DNA of 64,000 nucleotides from Candidatus Fraserbacteria bacterium (GTDB taxonomy: Bacteria; Bipolaricaulota; Bipolaricaulia; RBG-16-55-9; JANLFV01), in the NCBI GenBank assembly GCA_037446135.1, contig JBBIJD010000001.1, forward strand, positions 17,076 through 81,075, in the 5' to 3' direction. Below are positions 19,123 through 28,437 of the stretch, piece by piece. The position numbers and the translations under genes were made by a program. Each line of letters opens with the position of its first letter. Positions within the stretch are counted from its first letter, which is position 1. The notes under the pieces are model-generated. The model was not told the origin of the DNA. It did not search any database and worked only from the letters and a program-made list of their open reading frames with translations.

Positions 19123-19629
19123 ATGAACAGCTATGTCCCGAGCGGCCTCTTGGGCTTGAGCCTGGATGTGGTCCGGACCTTCACCTCCGCGCTCGCCTTC
19201 TGTGCCAAGAAGCTGCGGAAGCCCCCGGAAGAGGTCCTCGAGCTCCTCGCTCGGGGTGATACCTGGGTCCACAGCACCTTCCGGTATGCCCTGGTCAATC
19301 AGATCTGCCAATACCTGAGCCGGCTGGGGACGGTGGTCCGGAGCGTCTACATCTACGGCAGTTGCATGGAAGACCGGGCTCGGCCCTGCTCCGATGTCGA
19401 CATCATCATCTGGGTCAATGAGAAGAGCGATGCGCTCGCACTCCTCTTGGAGCGGCTGAACTCCCTCATCTCCAACTACTACCGGGCCCTCATGGGGGAT
19501 AAGGCCGAAGGGGTAGGCCGGATGCTCGACATCCACCTCGTCGATGACCGTGAGGTCGAGGCCCGCGAGGGTTACGGCGCCGTCCTCGGCTCGCCCTATA
19601 CCAGCCCGGTCCGGATCTGGAGCCGCTAA
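19123..19629 (+). CDS. Pol-beta-fold nucleotidyltransferase domain protein
   Basis: YIYGS..(x)..SDVDI motif plus a third Asp in LDIHL; AAGGAGG RBS. Confidence 0.78.
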   Translation: MNSYVPSGLLGLSLDVVRTFTSALAFCAKKLRKPPEEVLELLARGDTWVHSTFRYALVNQICQYLSRLGTVVRSVYIYGSCMEDRARPCSDVDIIIWVNEKSDALALLLERLNSLISNYYRALMGDKAEGVGRMLDIHLVDDREVEAREGYGAVLGSPYTSPVRIWSR

Positions 19630-20510
19630 GGGGTCAGTTCGAGGAATTCGATCCTGTCCAGGTCCTCCAGGTCGATGAGGGCCAGATTCAGGATGTCCCG
19701 CTCGAATTGGCTCCCGGGGTTGAGGCAGATCGTCCGGCCGAGCTGGGTCCGCCACTGGCCGGAGAGCTTGTAAGAGAGATGGACATGGCCATGGAGGGTG
19801 AGTGGCGGCTGCTCGGATTTGATGAACCTCCTGATCGCGGTGCTCCCGACATGGGGGTCGAGCTCCAAGCCCTGGTAGCGGCTCTTTCCGACCTCGATCA
19901 GGTCGAGCTCCGTTCCGTAGGGCGGGGCATGGAAGAGATAGATCGTCTCTTTCGGATCGGAGAGCCGCTTCAGCTCTAAAAGGTCTTCGGCGATCGTGGT
20001 CCTCTCGGTGAAGGGGACCGTCCGGACTCCGGTCTCGGCGATATCGAGGATCGGGTCCTGCCAGAGCGGGGCGAGCCGCCCACGGTCCTCATACTTCTCC
20101 CAGTCCTTGAGGAAGAATGGCGAAGGGGGGATGAAGGGGTAGCCGGCGATCTTGTATGGGCCGAGCCGGTAGACCCGTCCGTGCAACAGCTTGATCGTCC
20201 CTGCTGCCTCCGCCGCTTCGAGCAATTCGAGGTTCACTCGGCGATCGTCGTTGCCCATCATGATGTATAGTTCGACCGCAGCCTTCTGGCGGAACGCGGT
20301 TAAGGCGGAGATCAAGTAGTCCTGGAGGAAGGCCCGCTGCCGCTCGATTCCGGGGATGGGTTCACCGGGCTTCCAATTATAAATCCCCTTGGGTGTGATG
20401 TCCCCCCCGATGATCACGGCCTGGCAGGCTCGAGCGGCGAGGTCCAGGAGCAGGTCATAGAGCTTCCTGTTGCCATGTAAGTCTGTGGCGTAGGCCACTA
20501 TATAAGCCAT
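19626..20510 (-). CDS. Calcineurin-like metallophosphoesterase (Icc-related)
   Basis: DLHG, GGDI, GNDD, HAPP, HVGS, HGHVH, NPGS. Confidence 0.9.
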   Translation of the reverse strand: MAYIVAYATDLHGNRKLYDLLLDLAARACQAVIIGGDITPKGIYNWKPGEPIPGIERQRAFLQDYLISALTAFRQKAAVELYIMMGNDDRRVNLELLEAAEAAGTIKLLHGRVYRLGPYKIAGYPFIPPSPFFLKDWEKYEDRGRLAPLWQDPILDIAETGVRTVPFTERTTIAEDLLELKRLSDPKETIYLFHAPPYGTELDLIEVGKSRYQGLELDPHVGSTAIRRFIKSEQPPLTLHGHVHLSYKLSGQWRTQLGRTICLNPGSQFERDILNLALIDLEDLDRIEFLELTP

Positions 20511-20557
20511 CGCCTCTGGGTCCCTTCGGCAGGCGGAGTCAGGAGAGGAGGGAGGGG

Positions 20558-20595
20558 GAGGCCCAAGGCCCGGGGTTGGTTAGGCCTTGGGCCTC
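20558..20595 (-). terminator. GC-rich hairpin downstream of GDH 2
   Basis: GAGGCCCAAGGCC...GGCCTTGGGCCTC. Confidence 0.6.
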
Positions 20596-20619
20596 AGTTG
20601 AAAGAAAGGGGGTTAGCTT

Positions 20620-21882
20620 TCAGACCCAGCCGCGGAGCTTCATCGCCTCCGCCACCCGCTGGACGGCCACGAGATAGGCCGCCAGCCGCATGTGGACCCG
20701 CTTCTTCTCGAACATCCCGATGACCTCCTGGAAGGCCTTGGTCATCTTCTGGTCGAGACGCTGGTGGACTTCCTCGAGGGGCCAGTAATCGCCTGTGACA
20801 TTCTGGACCCACTCGAAGTAGCTGACAGTCACCCCGCCGGCATTACATAAGAAGTCGGGGATCACGAAGACACCCTTCTCGTGGAGGATCTCATCGGCCT
20901 CCGGGGTCGTCGGCCCGTTGGCCGCCTCGGCGATGATCTTGGCCTTGATCCTCCCGGCATTCTCCTTGGTGATCACATTCTCCAAGGCCGAGGGCCAGAG
21001 GACAGTGACATCCAGCTCGAGGAGCTCCTCGTTCGTGATCCTCTCGGAGTTGGGGAAGTCGGCGACCGTCCCCGTCTCCTTCTTGTGCTCGAGCAGGCGG
21101 TAGGGGTCGAGCCCCCGCTCGGAGTAGACCCCACCTTGGGAGTCGCTGACCGCCACGATCTTCGAGCCGAAGATCTTCTTGGAGAGGATCGCGGCGAAGC
21201 TACCCGCGTTCCCGTAGCCTTGGACCGCGACCGTAGCCTTCGCGAGGTCAATTCCCAGGTATTTAGCCGCCTCGCGGACGCAGTAGATCCCGCCCCGGGC
21301 GGTAGCATCATCTCGTCCGAGCGAGCCACCCAGCGGGACCGGCTTCCCGGTGATCACTCCCGGCGCGTTATATCCTCGGAGCTTGGAGAATTCATCCATC
21401 ATCCAGGCCATGATCTGAGGGGTGGTGTAGACATCGGGTGCGGGGATATCCTTCTCCGGGCCGATGAACTCCCCCAAGGCGCGGATATAGCCCCGAGCGA
21501 GCTGCTCCAGCTCTCGCTCGGACATCTCCTTGGGGTTGCAGACCACCCCGCCCTTACCCCCCCCATAAGGGAGGTCGACGATCGCGGTCTTCCAGGTCAT
21601 CCAAGCGGCCAAGGCCCGGACCGTATCTATAGTCTCCTGGGGGTGGAACCTGATCCCACCCTTCGTCGGGCCGCGAGCATCGTTATATTGGACGCGGAAG
21701 CCCTTGAAGACCTCGACCCGCCCATCGTCCATCCGGACGGGGATCAGGACATGGAGCTCGCGCATCGGCTCGCGGAGCATCGCGTGGGTCGGCTCATCCA
21801 ATCCGAGGATCTCTGCCGCCTCATCGAGCTGCTTCTGAGCGATCTTAAACGGATTCAGTTCCTCTACCAATACCTTCGCCAT
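20620..21882 (-). CDS. gdhA: Glutamate dehydrogenase 2
   Basis: [44 protein letters not shown]. Confidence 0.95.
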   Translation of the reverse strand: MAKVLVEELNPFKIAQKQLDEAAEILGLDEPTHAMLREPMRELHVLIPVRMDDGRVEVFKGFRVQYNDARGPTKGGIRFHPQETIDTVRALAAWMTWKTAIVDLPYGGGKGGVVCNPKEMSERELEQLARGYIRALGEFIGPEKDIPAPDVYTTPQIMAWMMDEFSKLRGYNAPGVITGKPVPLGGSLGRDDATARGGIYCVREAAKYLGIDLAKATVAVQGYGNAGSFAAILSKKIFGSKIVAVSDSQGGVYSERGLDPYRLLEHKKETGTVADFPNSERITNEELLELDVTVLWPSALENVITKENAGRIKAKIIAEAANGPTTPEADEILHEKGVFVIPDFLCNAGGVTVSYFEWVQNVTGDYWPLEEVHQRLDQKMTKAFQEVIGMFEKKRVHMRLAAYLVAVQRVAEAMKLRGWV

Positions 21883-22058
21883 CTAATCCTCCTGAGATCT
21901 CACTTGGGCGGCCTTTGGCCCTTGCTCAAGGGTAAGTATACCATGGCTAGGTGGAGGGGTAGAATGCTCCAGCTCAGCCGGCGGCCTGACTCAGGTCAGG
22001 AATCGGTTTGGAGAAAAGTTGGGTATAGGGTTATAATCCAGGTCCGAAGGGTTAGACC

Positions 22059-22826
22059 ATGAGAGTCTGTGTCCTCGGCAGCGGGAGCGGTGGAAACTCG
22101 ACCCTCATCGAGTGTGGAGGGACAGCAATCCTCATCGATGCCGGGTTGAGCTGCCTCCGGGTCCGGCAGGAATTGAGGGCACTCGGGCTCGCCCCTCATC
22201 AGAAGGTCGCGGCCATCTTCATCACTCACGAGCATGCCGACCACTGCTGTGAGGCCGGCTCGCTCGCCCGGCGATTCGGCTGCCCGATCTACGGGACGCG
22301 GGGGACGCTGGAGGCGCTGCGGTGGTGCCTCAGCGGGCAGGAGGAGTTGCGCCACTTCGCCCTAGGGGAAGAGCTGGAGATCGGTCCTTTTCGGATCACA
22401 TCTTTCCCCATCTTCCACGATGCCGCCGAGCCTTGTGGCTATCTGGTCAGCGATGGGAAGAGCTCGGTCGGACTGGCCACTGATCTGGGGGTGATGAGCC
22501 GGGCCGCGCTGGAGGCCCTCGCCGCCTGTGAGGTCGTGGTCCTCGAAGCGAACCACGACCTGGAGATGCTCCGCAATGGGCCCTATCCTTGGGATTTGAA
22601 GCAGCGGATCCGGAGCGAGGTCGGCCACCTCTCGAATGAGGCCTGTGGGGAGGCCCTGGCCGAGCTGGCCTCCAAAGGGCGGCTCCGGGCCGCCTTCCTC
22701 GCCCACCTCTCCCGGACGAACAACCGCCCGGAATTGGCCCTCCAGACGGTCCAGAGCTACCTGGACGGGCGGGCCGAGCTCCTCCTCACCTGGCAGGACA
22801 AGAGGAGCGAGTTGCTGATACTATGA
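22059..22826 (+). CDS. MBL-fold metallohydrolase (YycJ/WalJ-like)
   Basis: SGSGGN, THEHADH, HDAAEP, EANHD, GHLSN, AHLS..NN. Confidence 0.9.
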   Translation: MRVCVLGSGSGGNSTLIECGGTAILIDAGLSCLRVRQELRALGLAPHQKVAAIFITHEHADHCCEAGSLARRFGCPIYGTRGTLEALRWCLSGQEELRHFALGEELEIGPFRITSFPIFHDAAEPCGYLVSDGKSSVGLATDLGVMSRAALEALAACEVVVLEANHDLEMLRNGPYPWDLKQRIRSEVGHLSNEACGEALAELASKGRLRAAFLAHLSRTNNRPELALQTVQSYLDGRAELLLTWQDKRSELLIL

Positions 22827-22876
22827 CCCTCGCCCTTAGAGGGGGTGGGGCGAGGGTGATCCTAAAGGAGGGATCG

Positions 22877-23827
22877 ATGAAGCTGGAGAAGGTGGCCGAA
22901 CTGATGGAGCGACACGGTATCCCCGGCCGGGATGCCTTTGACCTCCCGACCTCAGAGAAGCGGTTCCCTGACGGGGCCTGGTATCGGATGGAGATCTCGG
23001 GGGTCGAGCGGCCCCAGGTCCTGGAGGCGGTCATCTCTGAGATGGAAAAGAGAAAAGTCCCGATCCATCGGGTGATCTCGGTCGTGATGGGCGCGACACT
23101 CCTCGACAAAGGGGAGCTCCGGGCCTTCGCCCAGATGGCGGCTGAGGCGCAATTGGAGGTAATTCTAACCCCCGGCCCGCGGGCCGCCTGGGATATCGGA
23201 AGGCAGCCGCTCACTCCGGAGGGGATCATTTCCGGCCTGAGGTTCCGCGGCTCGGAGGGCCTAAAACAGGTGATCGCCGACATCATGCGGGGGATCGACC
23301 TCGGCTTCCGCGGCTTCCTGGTGATCGATGAGGGGCTCCTCTGGCTCTTGAATGAGATGAAGAAGTCCGGCGAGATTCCCAAGGATGTGACCTTCAAGGT
23401 CTCGATCTACGCCGGGCACGCCAACCCTGCGGGGGGGAGGCTCCTCGAATCTTTAGGGGCGGGCTCCTTCAACCCCGTGGCCGACCTGAGCTTGCCCCAG
23501 TTCGCCGCGATCAGGAAGGCCATCTCCATCCCCCTGGATGTGCACATCATGCTCACCGAATCCTTTGGGGGCTATACCCGGATCTACGACGGCCCGGAGC
23601 TCGCAAGGGTGACCGCACCGTGTTACTTCAAGATCGAGCCCGGCCCGGCCTGTGCCGTCGGGCCACAAGCTTTATATAAGCCCTGGGTGAGCGCCGGGCT
23701 GCTCGCTGACTGGGCAAGGGAGAAGGTGAAGTATGCCCAGATCATCCACGAGACGATCCAGGAGAACTTCCCCCAGGCCACCCTCTCTAAGCAGGGCCCG
23801 GCAGACCTGGCGATCCCCAGGCCATGA
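22877..23827 (+). CDS. Conserved hypothetical TIM-barrel protein (U32-like annotation class)
   Basis: AAGGAGG RBS before the ATG at 22877; alternating beta/alpha pattern (RGFLVIDEG, FKVS, IPLDVH); no Fe-S Cys cluster. Confidence 0.55.
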   Translation: MKLEKVAELMERHGIPGRDAFDLPTSEKRFPDGAWYRMEISGVERPQVLEAVISEMEKRKVPIHRVISVVMGATLLDKGELRAFAQMAAEAQLEVILTPGPRAAWDIGRQPLTPEGIISGLRFRGSEGLKQVIADIMRGIDLGFRGFLVIDEGLLWLLNEMKKSGEIPKDVTFKVSIYAGHANPAGGRLLESLGAGSFNPVADLSLPQFAAIRKAISIPLDVHIMLTESFGGYTRIYDGPELARVTAPCYFKIEPGPACAVGPQALYKPWVSAGLLADWAREKVKYAQIIHETIQENFPQATLSKQGPADLAIPRP

Positions 23828-24055
23828 CATGAGATTTGCCTCTCAAGCGGGCGGAGCACTTCATGGCATGGAGGCAATGCCGGCTTGGGTCGAGGACCGA
23901 GACTAGTAGGAAGAGGTGGTGAGAGGAGGGGTCGAGCAGCCTCTTGATCTGGGGGTGAGAGGTAAAGCGTGTGGATCGAGAAGCGTGCTCGACCCCCGGT
24001 TTTAATTATACCAAAAAGAGGGGATTCTTGACAGTGGTGCTGATAAACCTCATCA

Positions 24056-24931
24056 CTAGGGACTTTCTCGGAAGGCAAACCCCATCTGGGCGGTATTGAA
24101 GGCCACGCCGTGGTTCCCGAACCGGTCGAGGGCGATCACCCCGGCGAATGAGCCGGTCTTCCGGGCTAAGAGTGCGATCCCCCGTTCCGCCGCCTCTTGG
24201 GGGTGGGCCCCCTCCTCGATATAGCGGACGACCTCACGGGCCAGACAGACTCGGATGATATCCTCCCCAGCACCGGTGGCCGAGGCCCCGCCGTATTCGT
24301 TGCAGTAGGTCCCGGCCCCGATGAGCGGGGTGTCCCCGACCCTCCCAGGGAACATGGTGTAGCGCCCGCCGGTAGAGGTCCCGGCCGCGAGCGCCCTGTC
24401 GTTTAAGGCCACGGCCCCGACCGTCCCGGTCGGTTGGAGCTTGAACCGCTCCCGGAGCTTGGCGAGCTGCTGGCGGTAGCTGAGCCCGGAGAGCTCCTCC
24501 TGGAGCCGGGCGAGCCGCTCTAAGGCCCCTTTGCTCCGCAGATCCTCCTGCTTGAAGCCGAACTCTTCGGCGAAGCGGAGGGCCCCCTCCCCGGAGAGGA
24601 GGACATGCGGCGATTCCTTCATCACCAGGAGGGCCACGGAGATGGCGTGCCTGATCCCCGGGAGGGAGGCGACCCCGCCGCATTCCAGGCGAGAGTTCAT
24701 GATCGAGGCATCCAAGCGGACGACCCCATCGAGCTGGATCGCCCCGCCAAAGCCGGCATTGAACCACTCCGAGTCCTCGAGGATGTTGATCGCCCGCTCG
24801 ACGGCCCGCTCTGGCCCCATCTCCAGGGCCGCGAGGCCTTCGCGGGCCGCCTCCTCTAGGATCGGCTTTCGCTTCTCCTGGACCTCGGGCGGGACCGTCC
24901 CCGCCCCGCCGTGGACGATGATCTTCCTCAA
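24056..24931 (-). CDS. iaaA: Isoaspartyl peptidase/L-asparaginase (Ntn hydrolase)
   Basis: HGGAG, FNAG, LDASIM, G|TVGAVA nucleophile, TSTGG, GRVGD. Confidence 0.92.
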   Translation of the reverse strand: MRKIIVHGGAGTVPPEVQEKRKPILEEAAREGLAALEMGPERAVERAINILEDSEWFNAGFGGAIQLDGVVRLDASIMNSRLECGGVASLPGIRHAISVALLVMKESPHVLLSGEGALRFAEEFGFKQEDLRSKGALERLARLQEELSGLSYRQQLAKLRERFKLQPTGTVGAVALNDRALAAGTSTGGRYTMFPGRVGDTPLIGAGTYCNEYGGASATGAGEDIIRVCLAREVVRYIEEGAHPQEAAERGIALLARKTGSFAGVIALDRFGNHGVAFNTAQMGFAFRESP

Positions 24932-25025
24932 CTTGGCCTCCTTGAAGGTGATCTTGACTTGGCGGATTATAGCCCTGGAAGGGGGCTTTGCAAAGGGCCC
25001 CGGCCCCTTCTATACTCCTCCCAGG

Positions 25026-25583
25026 ATGGAGATCAATCTGCCGAACCAGCTTACCCTGCTCCGGATCGCCATCATCCCCATCTTGATGGTCTTCATCCTC
25101 ATTCCTCCGGCCTGGGGGAAGATCGTGGCGATCTTCATCTTCGCCATCGCGGCCCTCTCCGATGCCGTCGACGGCTACATCGCCCGGAACTGGCGCCAGG
25201 TGACGGACTTCGGGAAGTTCGCCGACCCCATCGCGGACAAGCTCTTGATCGCCTCCGCCTTAATCTGCTTCCTCCAGCTCGGGGAGTTCGGGAGCTGGGG
25301 GGCGGCGATCGTCATGACGATCCTCGCCCGGGAGTTCCTCGTCACCGGGTTGAGGATCTTGGCCGTCTCCCAAGACTTAGTGATCCGGGCCTCCACCTTG
25401 GGGAAGCTCAAGACCCTCGCCCAGATCGGGCTGGTCTTCGTCATTTTAGGGAAGAGCTACTTCGACTGGGGCGAGGCCGGAGAGATCGCAAAAGCGCTGT
25501 TTATCGGGCTGGCGCTTTTCTTGGCCCTCGTCTCTGGGGCCGACTATTTCTATCGCAGCCGGAGGCTCTTCCGTCGGCTCTAG
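25026..25583 (+). CDS. pgsA: CDP-diacylglycerol--glycerol-3-phosphate 3-phosphatidyltransferase
   Basis: NLPNQLTLLR, D..DGYIAR..GKF.DP.ADK, RE..VTGLR; true start MEINLP. Confidence 0.93.
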   Translation: MEINLPNQLTLLRIAIIPILMVFILIPPAWGKIVAIFIFAIAALSDAVDGYIARNWRQVTDFGKFADPIADKLLIASALICFLQLGEFGSWGAAIVMTILAREFLVTGLRILAVSQDLVIRASTLGKLKTLAQIGLVFVILGKSYFDWGEAGEIAKALFIGLALFLALVSGADYFYRSRRLFRRL

Positions 25584-28348
25584 CCCCGGACGGAAATGGT
25601 CCTAGTCGCTGAGCTGGTATAGCCATCGTTATCGGTGACAGTCAGTGTCACGGGGTAGTCCCCGGCCTTGGGGAAGACCCACTTGACGACCTTCCCCTCG
25701 GCGTCGGTGGCCTTATCTCCGGTGAAGTCCCATTCATACCTCACGATGTAGCCATCGGGATCGAATGAGGGCGAGCCGTCGAAGGTCACCTCCTCTCCGG
25801 CCTTCGGCTCCGCTGGGGCATAGGTGAAGTCCGCAAAGGGTGGCTGGAAGGTGACGACGATCGGGCGGGGCCGCTCGGCCGCCCCGAACTCCACTCGGAG
25901 GACCTCCCCAGGCTGGAGGAAAAGCTCGAGCCTCGTCGGGGTCGTCGGCTCATAGCGGGCCGGGAGGGTCGCAGGATCGAGGGAGAGGGAATACCTCCCG
26001 GGCAAGAGGGCGGTGAAGACGAACTCGCCCTGCGAGTCAGTGTAGGTGTCCACCAACTCGGCATCGCTCAGGATCAGTCTTACCCTCGGAAGGCCGGGCT
26101 CGCCTTCCTCTCGCCGGCCGTCCCGATTGAGGTCCTTGAAGACCACTCCCAAGATCGCCGCGGCCCTCGCTAGAGGGATGTCGAGCTTGAGGACCTCTCC
26201 CGCCTCCAGTTCGAGCTCGATCGGGAGGGCCACGGCCGGGGCCAGCTCAGCCGGGACCCGGCGGATCGTGAGGAGATACCTTCCGGGCCAGAGCGGCGGG
26301 AAGCGGTAGAACCCGGTCTTCTCCCCGTCGGAGCGGACTGTCACTTCACCGATCTGGAGGAAGACTCCGCTCACACCCGGCTCGCCGGGATCACGGGCCG
26401 AATTGCCGTCCTCATCGATGAAGATGTAGCCCTCGACCCGGGCCTTAGTGAGGATGAACGGGAGGGGGAGGTTGAACCTCAGGAGGCCTTCCAGGGCCAC
26501 TCCTAGCTCCGCGGCCCCACTTACTATCGGGAGCGAGGCCCTCGTCTCGATCGCCCCTTCCCAGGCCTGGGACTCGACCGCCAGCCAGAGGGCGAGCTCG
26601 AGTCCCTCCTCGCTCCAGGCCCCGCGCAAGGCCGCGGCCAGGGCCCCCACCCGCAAGGTGAGCCCCGTCTCCAAGCCGAAGGAGGTGTCAGTGACCATCC
26701 CAGAGATGAGGTCATCGGTGAGAGCCTCGCTGAGCCGGAGGGAGAGGAGGGCCCCTCCCCCCGGCCTCAGGCTGAGCAGTTGCTCATACTGGGAGTATTG
26801 ATAATCCGTCCCGGTGACGCGATCGCTCTCCCTGGTAGTGCTGGCAGTGAAAGCCAGTGTCGCCTGGCCGATGGGCTGGCTGAGGCTGGAATAGGCCGTC
26901 CTTTCCACCCGATTGACCTCGGGGGAGAGGCCCTCGCTGAACTGCTCCTCGAATTCGGCCCGGAGGCGGAGCGTGGGGAGCTCCCGCCCGAATGTATGGT
27001 AGCCGCTGAAGGAGCTGCGGATGGTGGTGATCCCCGAGACCGTCGGCCTCTGACTCAGGTTCTCCTCGCTTAAGCCAAGTGAGAGGGTGAGCAAAGGGAG
27101 GCTCGGGGAAGAGGTCCGGTAGGCCAGCTCACCGCTGACCCGATCCCCGAGGGTCGGGCCGCGGAGGGCCAGACCGAGCCGGAGGAGCGAGTCGCCGAAG
27201 TAGAACCCCAGGTGGCTGCTGAGAGCCCCGTCAATCCCCTCGGCTGTGCCACTTGCCTCCGCGGTGAGGGTGAGATCCAGGGCCCCGGCCTGGGCGATGG
27301 TGAGCCGGAGGTCATGCCGCTCCGGCGGGCCGGGATAATCCAGAAGATCGAGCTCGAGCCGCTTCAGTCCTGCCTCCGGAAGGCCGAGGTAGTTGAGCCG
27401 CAAGCTGTCGGCGGCCCGCTCGAGGAAGAAGGAGTCCCTAGCGGTGCCCCAGCCGAACAGGAGCCCCGGCTCGAGCCCCGCGAAGAGGTCGGCGAGATGG
27501 AGTTCGAGCCGGAGGGAGCTCTCTTTGCTGATCCGCCCACCGGCGAAGAGGTCGAGTGAGAGGGCCCGCTCTTCAGTGAGCAGGGGGCTCTCGAGCCGGA
27601 ACTCGAGCGTCGCCGGTAGCTCGGCGTAGAGTGCCCCGCCGACCGCTTGGGGCGGTGGCGGGAGGAGGCTGATCCAGGCCGTGGCCTCGGCCTTCACCTC
27701 CGGCTTAGTGAGTGAGCTGGCCTTGAGTGTGACCCTGAGCCTCCCTATCGTGGCGGTCGGGAGGACCGTGGCGAGGACCCCGGCCCTCCGGGCCTCCCCG
27801 GGGAGGAGGTCGAGCTGGCCCTCCTCCAGCTCGGCGACGATCTCCGGTGAGCTGGTGACCTCCAGCTTGAAGGAGTCGGGGAGATTCCCGCGGTTGAGGA
27901 CCACAAACTCCAGTCGGACCCGCGTGCCGGGATCGGCCTGGACCTCCGGCGGAGGGAAGACCTCGACCGCTGCTTGAGGGAGGACGATGATGATCGCAGT
28001 CGCAGAGGCAGTGATCGAGGGACTGCTCTCGGCTGTGGCCTTAAGCTGGAGGAGGTTCTCGCCCGCCTCGGCCTGAGCGGTCACGAAGACGGTGATGAAG
28101 AGTGCTTGCTCCTCATCGGTTTCCAGCTCGACCGCCGTGGGCGGGGAGACGGGCTCAAGCCCAGGAGAGGGGGAAAGCTCGAGGAGGAAGCGGTCCGCCG
28201 CGCCGCGGTTCCGGATGGAGAAGACATGGGTGACGAATTCCCCTGGTAGGGCCTGCTTCGGCGGGGAGACAGCTTCGAGCTCCACCTGGGCGAACGCGGC
28301 CGCCTGATAGAGCAGGAATAGTGATAAGATGAGGATCAGCCGGCGCAT
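25580..28348 (-). CDS. Usher-like secreted protein: 2 Ig-like (NEW3/COG1470-like) domains, beta-strand-rich core, 2 SdrD-B/CnaB domains, PKD domain
   Basis: Signal peptide; xxNRG Ig repeats; FIDEDGN..DPGEPG and FKDLNRDG..EGEPG; FDGS.S.DPDG.I..YEWDF...YPVTLTVTDNDG. Alternative GTG start at 28360. Confidence 0.7.
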   Translation of the reverse strand: MRRLILILSLFLLYQAAAFAQVELEAVSPPKQALPGEFVTHVFSIRNRGAADRFLLELSPSPGLEPVSPPTAVELETDEEQALFITVFVTAQAEAGENLLQLKATAESSPSITASATAIIIVLPQAAVEVFPPPEVQADPGTRVRLEFVVLNRGNLPDSFKLEVTSSPEIVAELEEGQLDLLPGEARRAGVLATVLPTATIGRLRVTLKASSLTKPEVKAEATAWISLLPPPPQAVGGALYAELPATLEFRLESPLLTEERALSLDLFAGGRISKESSLRLELHLADLFAGLEPGLLFGWGTARDSFFLERAADSLRLNYLGLPEAGLKRLELDLLDYPGPPERHDLRLTIAQAGALDLTLTAEASGTAEGIDGALSSHLGFYFGDSLLRLGLALRGPTLGDRVSGELAYRTSSPSLPLLTLSLGLSEENLSQRPTVSGITTIRSSFSGYHTFGRELPTLRLRAEFEEQFSEGLSPEVNRVERTAYSSLSQPIGQATLAFTASTTRESDRVTGTDYQYSQYEQLLSLRPGGGALLSLRLSEALTDDLISGMVTDTSFGLETGLTLRVGALAAALRGAWSEEGLELALWLAVESQAWEGAIETRASLPIVSGAAELGVALEGLLRFNLPLPFILTKARVEGYIFIDEDGNSARDPGEPGVSGVFLQIGEVTVRSDGEKTGFYRFPPLWPGRYLLTIRRVPAELAPAVALPIELELEAGEVLKLDIPLARAAAILGVVFKDLNRDGRREEGEPGLPRVRLILSDAELVDTYTDSQGEFVFTALLPGRYSLSLDPATLPARYEPTTPTRLELFLQPGEVLRVEFGAAERPRPIVVTFQPPFADFTYAPAEPKAGEEVTFDGSPSFDPDGYIVRYEWDFTGDKATDAEGKVVKWVFPKAGDYPVTLTVTDNDGYTSSATRTISVRG

Positions 28349-28437
28349 CGCGGGTCGCACTCTCCTGGCCGATTCTAGGCGGACTTAATGGCCGGGAAGA
28401 AGGGACTGTAGGATCTGGCTCGGCTTCTTTCGGTCAG

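Noticed and set aside
19123..19629. MNT antitoxin of an MNT-HEPN toxin-antitoxin pair, or a CD-NTase defence gene
   Set aside because: No adjacent HEPN (Rx4-6H) gene or CBASS effector, and it is too small for a CD-NTase
20881..22062. 393-aa plus-strand ORF
   Set aside because: Antisense shadow of GDH 2, a common artefact in GC-rich DNA
23830..24000. 6S RNA, SRP RNA or tRNA
   Set aside because: No end-to-end rod with a central bubble, no SRP GNRA/AGCAG domain in the right geometry, and no cloverleaf
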